A stretch of DNA of 64,000 nt, taken from assembly GCF_003704095.1 (NCBI RefSeq), contig NW_020844410.1:62001-126000 (forward strand), written 5' to 3'. Shown piece by piece: positions 25,001-37,079 of the stretch. Numbering within the stretch: the first letter of the stretch is position 1; the number at the start of each line of letters is the position of its first letter. The translations under genes were made by a program, and so were the position numbers. Under the pieces are notes generated by a model, which saw only the letters and a list, made by a program, of their open reading frames with translations, was not told the origin of the DNA and searched no databases. The DNA is from Pocillopora damicornis. Its lineage: Eukaryota.

Positions 25001-28000
25001 CATCATGTGCCAGCGGTAGGCAAGAACAGCTTGACGTCGCTTCCAAAATTCCAGGAATACCGTCGCCCACACAGACATGAAAATAGCGAAGATAACCGTG
25101 CTGTCGTTATCGAATGCATGGGCTGCGATGTAGTAATAACAGCTTGAGACCAGAGACCAGTAGGGGCATTGATCGTCACACAGGGAACACATGTAGAATT
25201 TACGTTCGTTGGATTTGTTGCAAATATCTTTTACGGGTTGAAAGTCGCGTGCGTTAATGAAACCGTACAAGAAAACGAAGAGCCCAAAAAGAGCGGCAGG
25301 AATAAGCATGACTGTGTAAAATCCCAGCCAGGAGAAGTACAGGCCAATTTCGGTACCAAAATAATCCTTGATGGCGTCATAAGGCTGAAACTTGAACCAA
25401 CGTCCGAACCGCGCCCAGTCACGCCTCAAGCGCTGCCTATCGTTCGTGGGGGGTTCCCCCTCAGAACATTCTTCGGGACCAGGATGGAGAGGGTACGATG
25501 CAGTGAAGTTTCCTTCATGAATCATTTTTTTAATTCCAACATCATACTTTTCTTCACCAAACTGAATATGACTACAGACGTTCTCTACCATTCGACTCCT
25601 GTCCGTTCGGCTGAAGAAAGTGTCTTTGTTCTTATGGCCGACATAAATTTCTAAGCGATCGCTCTTGAAGTAACCCATAAAAAAATTCCTTGACTTGGTG
25701 ATGGTGCCATCGTGGATCTCGAAGGGATTAGTACGATCAATCATATCGCGGATGTTTTCTCCTACGTTTTTCTCGTACCAGCCTTTCGTTGTAATATCAC
25801 TTTCCTGAAACAAACAGAACGAAAATAGATCGAAAAATGTAAATACCTACATATTCAAACAAACTAATGGAGAGGGTAAAATGAAAAATACTTTAAGTGC
25901 GAGAAAATGTACGACAAACAACAGAAAAATCGAGAAATACGAATCACAAATCTATGACATCGATTACCTTTATGGGCATTTTCATCATCATCTCTTCTGC
26001 GGTCTTGATTAAAAGTTCCCATGGAGCGTGAACTTTCAAAAAGTGTGTCTTGGTTTTGTCTTCCTATAAATTGAAGTGTGGTAATGAGTACCTCGACTGT
26101 TAAGCGATCATGACTGAGAAATTTAATAAATATTATTACCGCAATTGTAGCATAAGGAGCCGAAATGTTTTCGGTCATTTTCCGTCAATACTTAGGCATG
26201 AGGATCCAAAAAAAAAAGGACACACAAAAGAGCAACCGGTCAACAGGAAGAGCTAGTGCAGATCTTAAATTCTGAGCACTAAAGAAACCTAGCACCACGA
26301 GAAAATAATGTGCAAGCAAATGTTATAAAAACAGAACTGACAAGTACCAACTGAGAAGGGGTTGGTCAGTGACACTTTCGTCCAAATTGATGTTTATTTG
26401 AACTTCAGTGCTCTTACAACGTGTGCGTGACATGTGCTACCTGATGTTACGAACAGTGCGTCTGATCACAGCTAGTGTCCCATGTTCTGTTGCTAACAGA
26501 GTCTACGAATGACCATTCTTAAATTCCTAAATGGATGCCGTGTTTTCAGCCTTCTCTATCTCAATTACCACCCTACATTTTAGTGTGCGTTTGTGCCTAT
26601 TTTCAAATATGTTCGAAACATCTCTCAAATTCAGATCGAAACAACACTGAATCACAGTTTTAGAAAAGACTTAGCTGCCCTATTAGACGTCCTCCTAAAT
26701 CTTCAGCTTGTGAAACAGTAAAAATGCAAATTGCCTTTTGTATCGCGGTGACATCGCGGGCGTTTTTTACTTGTTCTTTCCAATTTTTCTCACAATCCAC
26801 GTATATTTTTGATAAAAATATATTTAGTTTTAATTCACGAGCTACAGAACTAAATAAGACGCTTAAAAGTAAATTTCTTTAGGCAAATATTGTGTTTTTC
26901 TGACACACGTAATAAAAGTTGCAAGGCGCACGTGTTGATCCAACGTTATTCATAATGTGACTTAGACGTGACAAATGTGTGAAGATTACGTGACAAGTTA
27001 AGATATGTAAATATTTTCACGTCGTGGGCTACAAGGGTGAAAAGTTGTAGATAACCTTACGATCTTTGGGTCATCGTTCGAAACTTCTCGTAAGAAAAGA
27101 GAGATACACCTTTAAACGATCTGCAGAAAAGCGCATTCTAGACGTCGCGAGACAAAAATATTGTTGTCTGTGTAACGGGAAGCAAACACCAGACGTTGTC
27201 TAGTTAAGAACAAAAGAACACGAGCCACAACGATTACAAAAATAAATAGATTTACCCTGACAAGTTCCATGAGTGAAATTTCATTCTCTACATATTTTAT
27301 ACTCAAAATGAGGAGCAGGGCAATCAAAAACCCTATTTTAGTCATTATTTTGAGTGCAAAGGCAATTCCTTAGGTTTTTAGCACCTTGGTTTACTTAGAA
27401 TATTCAAATTTTATACAACATACGATAACAAATATCGCAAAGAGAATTTTGTCGTATGAAATTGTTTTAGTATAGATACACTACAACAAAGCTTAATTTC
27501 CCAAAAAACATTTGAGTGCTCCTTTATCTTACTTTCGGCCATATGTTCATCTATATTTCGATAAAAGTAAAACTGTTTTCTTTCCTTGTTTTATTGAATT
27601 GAGCACACCCGATTAAATTTGCATCGAATCTTACACCAATACATAAACATGGAGATTAGTTACTTTCTTACCTTTGTAGTAACCTCTTCTTCGTACTCAA
27701 TTTCAAGCCCAGCTTGCTTTAAATTTCGCTGAAATCTCTCTCTTTTCTCCGCTTTTTCACCCAGTTTTTCCTTCTCCTTCTCGTCTAACTCATCTTCGTT
27801 CGAAGGCGTCTCGTAAGCGATGACATAGTCAATCAGCCGCTTGCCATCGCGAAAGCGCAGCCGTTCTTTCTCCCTCTTTTCGACTTCGATGTGTTCCAAC
27901 TCTATCTCGAGCGTCTGCTCCTCCATCATTTGATGTTTTGATAAAACTGCTTCTTCGTCCAAAAGTGGTGTTTGATCGGCGAACGACTCTTCGCGACCTG

Positions 28001-28061
28001 TACCAGGACTTTCGTTGGCTGGAACGCGAGAGCGCAGCCCGCTCGCACTTGGGTGTGCCAT
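22023..28061 (-). CDS. ANO: Anoctamin/TMEM16 paralog A3, 7 exons, ~902 aa
   Basis: Exons 28061-27672, 26063-25968 ([18 protein letters not shown]..., not in the ORF track), 25804-24704, 24344-24013, 23858-23731, 23231-22826, 22278-22023 (2709 nt, phase-consistent). Motifs [50 protein letters not shown]. Confidence 0.93.
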
Positions 28062-30141
28062 CAAAAGCGAAAGATATGTAAATAGTTAATCTTACACTAG
28101 AATTCTCTTGACTGTCTCACCGCAGGCAAATAATCTCAAATTACTTTTATCGCGTACAGCACGTTTCTTATGATGTGTCACGCACGCATTATGCGCCCGC
28201 ATTTGATTGATTGTGTGACCAGCAATCTTACGGAAAAAATAAAAATGGAAGAGTTAAATATATTTCTCCCAGTCATGTTGAGATTGAGAATATTTAGTTT
28301 TTCTCAGAGAGAACAAGAAGGAATACGACTCTCATAAGTTGCTCCTTATTGCAAACTTACGTAATTTACACAAATTTTTAATTTTAACTTTTTGCACATT
28401 TTGTTTTCTGTTGGGGATTTATTGGTGCTCTCTCAGCCAATAAACGAGCTTAGAAGTTTAGACTCGAACACTGATTTTATTAGTAATAAAACCGACATCA
28501 ACAAATATGTATGAACTAACCTCTTATCGTTCGACTTTGGAGGAGATGTTTCTCCAGCTAAAGTTAAGGAATTCATGTTTTCGTCATGAACGTTCTTTTT
28601 AGATTGACTAAAAGAAAAGAATTTGACAGAAAGTGCGCGCTTAGTGACAGGGAAATGATCAGATACACTCTGTGATCAGCCGTTTGATGTATACTCACAC
28701 AGCTTCAAGGGTCTTTTTGGGTATATTTTTGTTCTCGTCCAAAGCGCCGTATAAAAACTTGGTTTCGTACCTGTGGATGTGTCAGATATGTACGATACAC
28801 TCAATACATGAATAACAAATTTAACCAAAATAGCAAGCATAAAAACACAAGGCGTTCTGAAGGCCTCAACCATGAAAGTTCTAATAGTATCCTCTTTAGC
28901 TTGGATTCAAAATGGTTGCCTCCAAAGCCTTAAAAAATTTGAAAGAATTCAAGTCAATTTAACAACTTTCTTTCTCACTTAAGTAAATTGTTAATTCATA
29001 ACGCGACAGATGGAAATATCAAAAGGCAAATTAAACAAATTCGTTGAAGAAGATGACATTTGACAATAAGTGTACGGCTATTTATCAAGTAGTCGTGAAG
29101 TAATCTAACGAATTCGTGAAAATTGTTTAGTGAAGACAATCGAGCACCTAGACTGGGAAGCTGTAATTTATGGCTTTTGCGTATCGAACTTGTACGACCA
29201 AACGCGGCAAGTTGTCCTTAACAACCTCAGTTTTCAGCAAATTGGAGCAAGAAAATAACCATAAGTTATATATATGATGTGGCTAAACTTAAACGTCAGC
29301 TTACCATTCCACAAGCTTCTTGGTCTCCATATTACTTCAAAATATCTTATTGCTCGGGAAAGGCTCAAGTTCTTGCAAACCAAACTTCTGCTTTATCAAA
29401 AATTCAGCGACTCGCAAACACGGTGGCTGGCACTCGAGAAAATCGAACACCGATCATGAATATGTGAAAAATTCGTGCATTAATAAGCCAATCACGAAGA
29501 AGAAATTGGCCAATCTTGTAAATGGCATTCTTTACATTTTTCATGTTTCATGTTTCATGATGGTCTTGCCCCTTTAGGGCCCTCACTTTAAAATCATTAC
29601 ATCAGGTGGAAATCTCATCAAAAATTTAGCGTCTGTCGTGCTGACTTTTTTCCTCATGTTTTTTCGAGTGCTCACAATGCGAGGATGGGAAGGCCCAAAA
29701 AGGAAGGTTTAACACAGCAATTCTATATCGCATTCAGCCGATTATTCAAAGGAGAAACAGACCAGATAAAACTGAAAAAAAAAAATGGATGTAACATGCA
29801 TGAAAGTAGCGTTAGCCTGAACCAGAGTGGAAGCCCCGGACTTTTGACCTTTGTGATAGTGAAAAAAAGTAATCGTGGCAAACGCAGTTCGTCGATTCAC
29901 TTCCATTTATTAACCGAATTTGGTTAGGACATATGCTACATGTCTGTTATGAGTCTGTTCCATGAAAAAATGCAGACTTATAAAACCAAAAGAAAAAAGG
30001 AAGACTCTAAATAAAATATACAAAATACGTCACACAGAAAATCAGTTTTGACTCATGCTCAACCAAATTAAAATCCAAGTTCAAAGAGAAAAGCCCAGAC
30101 AAGATTTTGATCATTCCATCCTCCAATGATGTACGTTGTCA

Positions 30142-33100
30142 TCATACTCTATTGATGCCAAGTCGGCTTCCATTAGCAACACTACTAGACTTTCTCGATC
30201 TGTTTACATTCTCGCAAGACATGTAAAGAGAATCTGTAGAACCTTCAGTGTGCGACACACGTGCGTCCAGGTCACGTGACGCTTCAGCCTCACTTCGAGT
30301 TAAGCATTGCTTAGCGACGTAACTCTCGCGCATTATCTTCACTTCAAGTTTGCGGGGGATATCGGGAATGAGCCAATCCAAGAGACTAACGATGAAGAAA
30401 ACGAAGTATTGGAAGATAATGACGAAAGCTAAACGGACAGCGAGAACGAAGAAATACTGACGGTTGAAATCGTACGGCTCTTGTGGGTCAAAGTACTCCT
30501 TGTACCTAGTGAAACAAATATCAGCTCAGTAAGTTTGGCCAACAATTATGCAGTTAAATGACAAAGGAATTTGTAAAGTTCTAAGATTACCTGCAATAGG
30601 TTTTGTTGTAAGGTAAGTTTTTGAAAGGATCCCGAGGTAGGGACAGCTCACTGAAGTCTTTAATGTTGAAGTAAGACAAGCTATTGTTGACATAACCAGT
30701 TAAACTTCCATCGGAGCTGTATGCGTATTTGTACACTTCCCTAAAAAATAAGTAAAACGTAAATAAAAATTAATTATAGAACACTTGATCTCAAAACACT
30801 GCCACTCCTGGTCAGAAGACTTCGGGGCGGTATGATAGGTTTCAATGAATTATAGAACACTTGATCTCAAAACACTGCCACTCCTGGTCAGAAGACTTCG
30901 GGGCGGTATGATAGGTTTCAAAGGCCAAAACTTAAATATTGTTATCCTATTTATGATCATACTTTCAAACCTATGTTTATTATTTATTTAATAATTTATA
31001 AATTATTAAATGAATTATAAAATTTATAATTATTATAATTTAACCTAACAGTTATGCAAAAAGATGATTTGGTTTGATCAACCGCCGGAATTGATCATGT
31101 AAATTGGCCACCGTAAAGAGTTTCAAAGCTGCCGTTTCGAGCGTCAGCCCTTCGTCAGAGTGAATGGTACAGTGCAGTTGACTTTACAAAAGGCGGCCAG
31201 AAAAATATCTGCTTCTGTTAGCGAGGAGTTAGTCTATCACCTCAGGGCTTCTCTCCTACTTCCCCACCCCCTCCTCTACCGGGATGAAGGCAAAGTTCTC
31301 CCCCTCTCTACCTTCCCCGATATCTTTTATTCTGTGCAAGCCCCAGCTACACAAGTTTATCCTGAAAGTGACAAGGCACAGTGTAGCCTCATTTTCAAGC
31401 GACAATGCTCAACCGAACTTGTACATCACATTTGACACTCCTGAAGCATGAAACATAGTTTATGTTAGCACACATACCTCGGAATGAATTCTGACGTAAA
31501 CGCGATCACAAAAGAGTTCACCACTACGGCAAACCAGCTCATGGTGCGGAGAATTCCGAACCAGACACCAATCCCTTGAGCCCGCTCTGCTACTGGTCGG
31601 CGGAAGTTAACGACGAAATTAATGGCATCTATGCGAAGTTCCAGGATATTGTTGATGAGTGCAAACAAAGGTGCCAGGGGAAATGCAGCCACGAACATGG
31701 TAACAAAACCAAACTGGATTACTGGACATAAAATGAAACGAAAGCTTGGTTAGCTCGAGCCTGGCCCTCAGATAGTGGAGACGAGAGAAAGAGCAGGCGC
31801 GAGAAAATGGCAAGCAAGCAGGCGCTGCTCTTGTGGTCGCAAAGAATCGGTACTTTCCTACACGCTCTAGCTCGTTACGCGAAATAAATTTTTCGCGCCC
31901 CTGCCTTTCCGTTGGTTTCCGCTGATGGAGGACCTAGAATTCGCTAAAGATGAACCACCTATATCAAAATTCACCACAAAACTACTTCTTTTAATTCCCA
32001 GATTAAAAAGAGAAACCTGAAAATTACATTTACCTGTTACGGCAATTAGCATACACGTGAATTTGCGTCATTTTGGCGGGAAAATCCTAGTCTTTGCTAT
32101 TTTACCTTGACGATCTTACAATGAGGAACTTTTTACAAGCCCATTGATGAGGTTCTTTTTTATCATTAATAGGTACACAATGAAGACAACATCAATATAT
32201 CAACAACACACAGCCATCAACATGAGACTTCAAACCAAGTAAAGACCAAACATTACCCATGTCGTGATATTCGTAGAACATTCTCAACTCCGGTTCACCA
32301 TTAATTAGATAATCTATCTCCCACTGCTCAGGATGTACATTTGATTCATTTTCCTTACGCCCGTACCACCAACGCACGAAAGATCTGAAAAAAAGAAACA
32401 AAAAAACCATTCTTTAAAACAAATGAACGAACTTACGAATGAAAGAACGAAGCAAAGAGCGGGCAGTTGTGTAACAATCCAAAGAAATTTCGAACAGGCG
32501 AGCAAATTAACGAACTAAAGGAGTAAGTTAGAAGATATGGTGACAGAATGCAATACATCCTGTCAGCCACGAGGGAAAGGTATCATAAGTAACTAAGTAC
32601 GAGTGGTTTCTTCTCTTCAAGTGTGCTCACAAAAATAAATCAATTTGACCACCCTTTCAACTCTCCCCCCTCCCCCTGTGTGGATTAGTCGACCAAGCCA
32701 AAGTTCTGACGCTGTTTTTAATAAGTTGGACAACTCCGTTCAAAGAACCTTGCCATCCAGCGGATAAATGCACAAAAGAGACAAACGCGTCCATCAGATA
32801 AGCGTTATCGTCCTTTTGAACACCTGGGGCCTGATATAGACATTTTAGTTCTGATTCCCATTTCTCAGTTCCAACTTAATTCAAGTTACTATGAAAAAAA
32901 AGAAAAAGAAAAACAAACGAGTAAAATACTAACGGCAAAGCAAACTTGGAAATGGAATTGATGAACTGCTTGCCAACCATGATAACAGCTAACTGAATGC
33001 ACAACTCAATAAAACATCCCGATGGGTCGCATCCTTCCATTCTTCCACCGCCGATTCGATTATAATTCCCAGGATATCCCACGATACGACTGCTTTTGAA

Positions 33101-36100
33101 GAACGCAATGTAAAACAGCGACGAGTACATGTTTACAAACTGGAAAGAAAATAGCTTCAGTGTTAAAATATTTTGATACTCTGTTCTGGTCCGGGGGGAC
33201 TCCCACTCGGTTAGCGCGACCGCTATTTTCTCATACACAACTCCCAGCACAGTAATAGCGACAAGATTCAGAACAGAAGCTGTCAAAGAGGTTATAATTC
33301 GCGCGCCCTTCTGTATGTCCTCGTCCGGGAAGGCGGACAAAACAGCGACCATAGCTGCTCTGTAAATGACAACTCCAACCAAAGTAGCAATCACGAGTAA
33401 AACCATGAACGAAACTATTAAAAAACCACATGTGAATTTCCCCGCCCGCAACGAAAACGGAATGTAGGGCTCCAATTTGCCTGTCACAGGGTTGGTTCGC
33501 TTGTTTTTGGCCTTTGTAACAAAAGCTGGCCTAGGTGGTTCGAATTGTTCTTCAAAATGCAACATGTCCCATTCGTGAGCTAAGCCTATTTCACGTCTTC
33601 GCCACATCTCCAGAAACACGGTTGCCCAGAGAGACATAAAAACCGCGAAGAACACCGTTCCTTCGTGGTCAAACAGATGTGATACTGTAGCGTAATCACA
33701 GCTTTTTGTTAGGGTCCAGTAACTGCAATCGTTGTCACAAAGCGGACACATGTAAAACAACTCGGAGTTTCTCTCATCGCAGATCTCCTTAACTGGTTGA
33801 AATGTTTCCATTGTTATAAGACCAGCGACGAAGCAGCATACGCCGACTAAACCAGCAATAACAAGCATGAAATTGTACGTTCCTAGCCAGGCAAAATACA
33901 ATGCTACACGAGTCCCAAAGTAATTCTTTATCGCATTAAGGGGCTGATACTTGTACCACTGACTAAAAGATGCCCAGTTTTGACATAATCGCTGACGTTC
34001 GTTTGTCGGAAGATTATCTTCGCTCTCTGTCCGAAGATCTTCATGCAAGGGATATGCACATTCGTAGACCCCTTTATGCAGCAGACGAGAGATTCCGAAG
34101 TCGTCCATTTCAGACGAATACTTCGTCGAGAGTAGAAAGCGATGGGTCATGCGGCTTCGGTCAATGTCGGAAAAAAACGTTTCCTTGTCTTCGATAAGGA
34201 AACAGTCTGACTTTGCCCGACTAAAAACCGCCGTTACCTGACGATCAGGTTTCATGAGAGAACGATCTTGAAGTTGGAAAATATTAAGAACATTTTTGGC
34301 CTTTTGAAGCCATTTACTCTTTTTCGAAGACTTGAGGTGTATTAGCCTTTCAGGCTCGCGAACAGGAACCCGAATCATCATTTCCTCTGCGCACTTGGCC
34401 AGAGCGTCCCAGGGAGCGTGGACAAGAACAAAGGTGAGGTTTTCCTACGATGGAAAAAAAAATAAGTAAATAAAAATTCATTTTCAGGGATTAGAACTGT
34501 CATGTCTATTTAGTCCAAAGGATTTCAATTCATTACAGAAATAAATCTACTTTCAGAAAAGATTAAATTACAAATGTTATATCTACAGATCCAGGCCCAG
34601 CTGTACAAAGGGCGGATAACGCTATCCAACTGATAAATCGCTATCCAGCGGATAAGTGATGGCAAACCGTAGAGCGTTATCCACCAGATAAAGATTTATT
34701 CTGTGAATAGCGTTATCCGACCTTCGAACAACCGGGGCCTGGATGTTGCAGTGAACCTGTCAAATTAAGGCCGAAAGTATAATTGCCAACATACCACTCA
34801 AACGATTCCTTAGGTATTGTATTTTCAAACCTGTTTGTTAGATGTTACGTGTTCTATCATCAAGCCTTGCTTTTTCAGATTCTTCTCATATTTTTCTCTC
34901 ATTTCCGCTTTTTCTCTTTCTTCCTCTTCATTTCTCTTCTCCAACTCAGGTTCAGAATAAACTAACACGTAATCAATTTTCTGCGTGGAAAACAAATAAA
35001 ATTTAATCAAATCAAATTAGTTGTGATTGTTATTGGATTGCTGCTCACTACCTAAGAAGGCTCGGATAAAATTGCAAGGAACCACGTTAGACAAAAATCA
35101 TTATGAGATCTTATACCAAGATGGCCGAAGCCTCCTTTAACTTAAAGAAACTCATATACTACAAAGCTTGCTTTCTGTTATTTTCATTTGAAAACTAAAT
35201 TTACTGCATCAACTTGTGGAGACCTTGAATGTAAACATCTTTCCTGCAGCTTACACGAAAGGAGAAAGATGTCAGTTGTTTAGGTTTACAATATGATTTT
35301 TAAAACAATGCTGAATATGGATTTTACTTCTGACAAATGTTTCCTACTGCTGTCTTGTATCACATCATGCACTAACACAACAAACATTAAATCAAGTAGA
35401 GTCCCACCTTATTCAACAATTCACGTTTACTTATCGATCCCGATAGACTTTGATCGCCCATATCTTGTAAAAGTATTTCCTCCATTGTCGAAGGATTTTT
35501 ACCGGTAGCGATGCGCTCAAGGTTTATTTCCGAAGTGCTTATCGCTGCGACGTAGCTATCGCGTTTCTGCGATGCTTGACTCCAACGAATTGGGGCAGGA
35601 CTTTGTCGCGGTTTGTCAGACGTACTTGGCAATTCATACGCGGTGGAAGATGCAAGAGTCGTTTCATAAATGTCTCCGACGTTTTCTGCGGTTGCTATGC
35701 GTGAAATCGGATCTCTGAAAATGAAATGGGATAGTTTAATTTAGTGATGAGTAGTGTTCCAATTACTTGTAAAAACAACGCATAATCATATCAACAATAG
35801 CGGTCTGAACACAAAATCGTTTCGTAAGTAAAACCCAGGTGGATAAATAAGTATGGTGGTATAACAGGTGGCAAACCACTGTGGCTTTCCTCTCGAAATT
35901 TGCAAATACGTCTTTGTGATTTGCTTGTTTACTAGCGTAATCAAGTGACAATAATAAAAGAAAAGACATTTTCTAAACGTTAAGTGTTAATTCTTAAAAG
36001 GAGGTCCACCTATCAAGAAAAAAAAAAAACCGTCGTAATGCTTTCAGGCTGGTACCAAATTTTGCGGGTTTTTTTAACACGCCTTTCTTTTCAATGTAGG

Positions 36101-36391
36101 AGGTTGTGGTGCCTCGGAGTTTAATAACGAGTGAAAAAAATTTAAGCAAACTATACAAACTTAAAATTTTATCAAAAATAGTGATAAGATAATTTTTTGC
36201 ACCGTTTCTCACCAAATTTTCACCGTTTAGACCATTCGACTTCGATAACATATTGCTATATCCATATACAGCGTCATCAAATTTAAAGCCATTAAGAAAT
36301 GCGCGTTCTGTAGTTAATGTTAACCTGATTAAACGGACGCTATAAAATAAACTCACCTTCCTACCAGACAAAATACTCGTGATTTGTTCAT
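30142..36391 (-). CDS. ANO: Anoctamin/TMEM16 paralog A4, ~8 exons, ~962 aa, with a long Ser/Thr-rich N-terminus and a divergent Ca2+ site
   Basis: Exons 36391-36357 ([13 protein letters not shown]|GTGAG), 35714-35408, 34980-34831 (KIDYVLVY), 34444-32934, 32384-32257, 31721-31478, 30740-30591, 30505-30142 (2889 nt, phase-consistent). The two 5'-most exons rest on frame and splice compatibility only, so they are less certain. Confidence 0.88.
30772..30921. repeat. Exact tandem duplication of a 74-bp unit (period 76) in an intron of paralog A4
   Basis: aattatagaacacttgatctc...gtatgataggtttcaa occurs at 30772-30845 and 30848-30921. Confidence 0.9.
31065..31165 (-). mobile_element. Penelope-type retroelement end fragment carrying a minimal hammerhead ribozyme motif (mutated)
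   Basis: Minus strand reads ctCTGACGAaGGGCtgacGCTCGAAAcggcagct, i.e. CUGANGA-stemII-GAAA. The expected GUC cleavage triplet is GGC here. Confidence 0.55.
34591..34742. mobile_element. Palindromic ~150-bp MITE (CCAGGCCC...GGGCCTGG) with internal GGATAA/TTATCC repeats
   Basis: Terminal inverted repeats are visible directly. Partial relative at ~32740-32833 and a related-ended element at ~48131-48342. Confidence 0.65.
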
Positions 36392-37079
36392 TTTGTGTAG
36401 TTCCCGCAAAGGGAGGGTGAATTGGTTTTCTCGGTTTCAATTCCGCAATCAAAATAGGCGGAACGTAGTTTTGTTTTGCATTGTTAATGAACAATGCAGA
36501 AACAATATCGTGATAATTTATGCAGAAAAATTATATCACATGCTTAGTTAGATGACATGGTGGCAAAGGGTGCGTGGAAAAAAAAAGGAGCTCTAAGAAC
36601 CAACGCCTGTAAATATACATTTAACGCATAAATATCAGAAAAATTAGGTATCGACATTATCTTGGCAAAATTTAATCTCATTTTGAGGTCTACTGAAAAT
36701 AATATTTTTGCAATAAAGAAATTCTCGAACAAAAAGGCGGTAGGAGTTTGAGCCCTAACTGAATCGTTATGTTTATTATTATTTTTTTTTGTTTCTTTTC
36801 GTTTTGTTTTGTTTTTTGCGAAAGACACGTTTCTCCAATTGTCATTCTCTCTTAGGAGTCTTCTAACGTAGTCTTAGAACTGAGGGGGGAGGGGTGGGGT
36901 AACATTCAATCGATGGATATTTATTTAGGCATTTTATCTAGTAGGAGTGGAAAATACACTTGAATAAACTTGTGAATTTATCCTAGGTTACAATAGTGTG
37001 AAAATCTTAATTTTTTAGTTCAATTTTTGAAACATCTCCCGATATATCTTAAAGTAAGCACCACTGATTCAGAGACTCT

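Noticed and set aside
35203-35243. Possible small extra exon of anoctamin A4 ([13 protein letters not shown])
   Set aside because: Weak donor, and the flanking exons already join in frame without it. It cannot be supported without transcripts.
4577-36391. Anoctamin copies as uncollapsed haplotypes or pseudogenes
   Set aside because: Proteins and introns are far too diverged for alleles, intron numbers differ, and no in-frame stops or frameshifts were found.
35994-36494. 166-aa minus-strand ORF
   Set aside because: No recognisable motifs. It overlaps the A4 start exon in a different frame and its intron.
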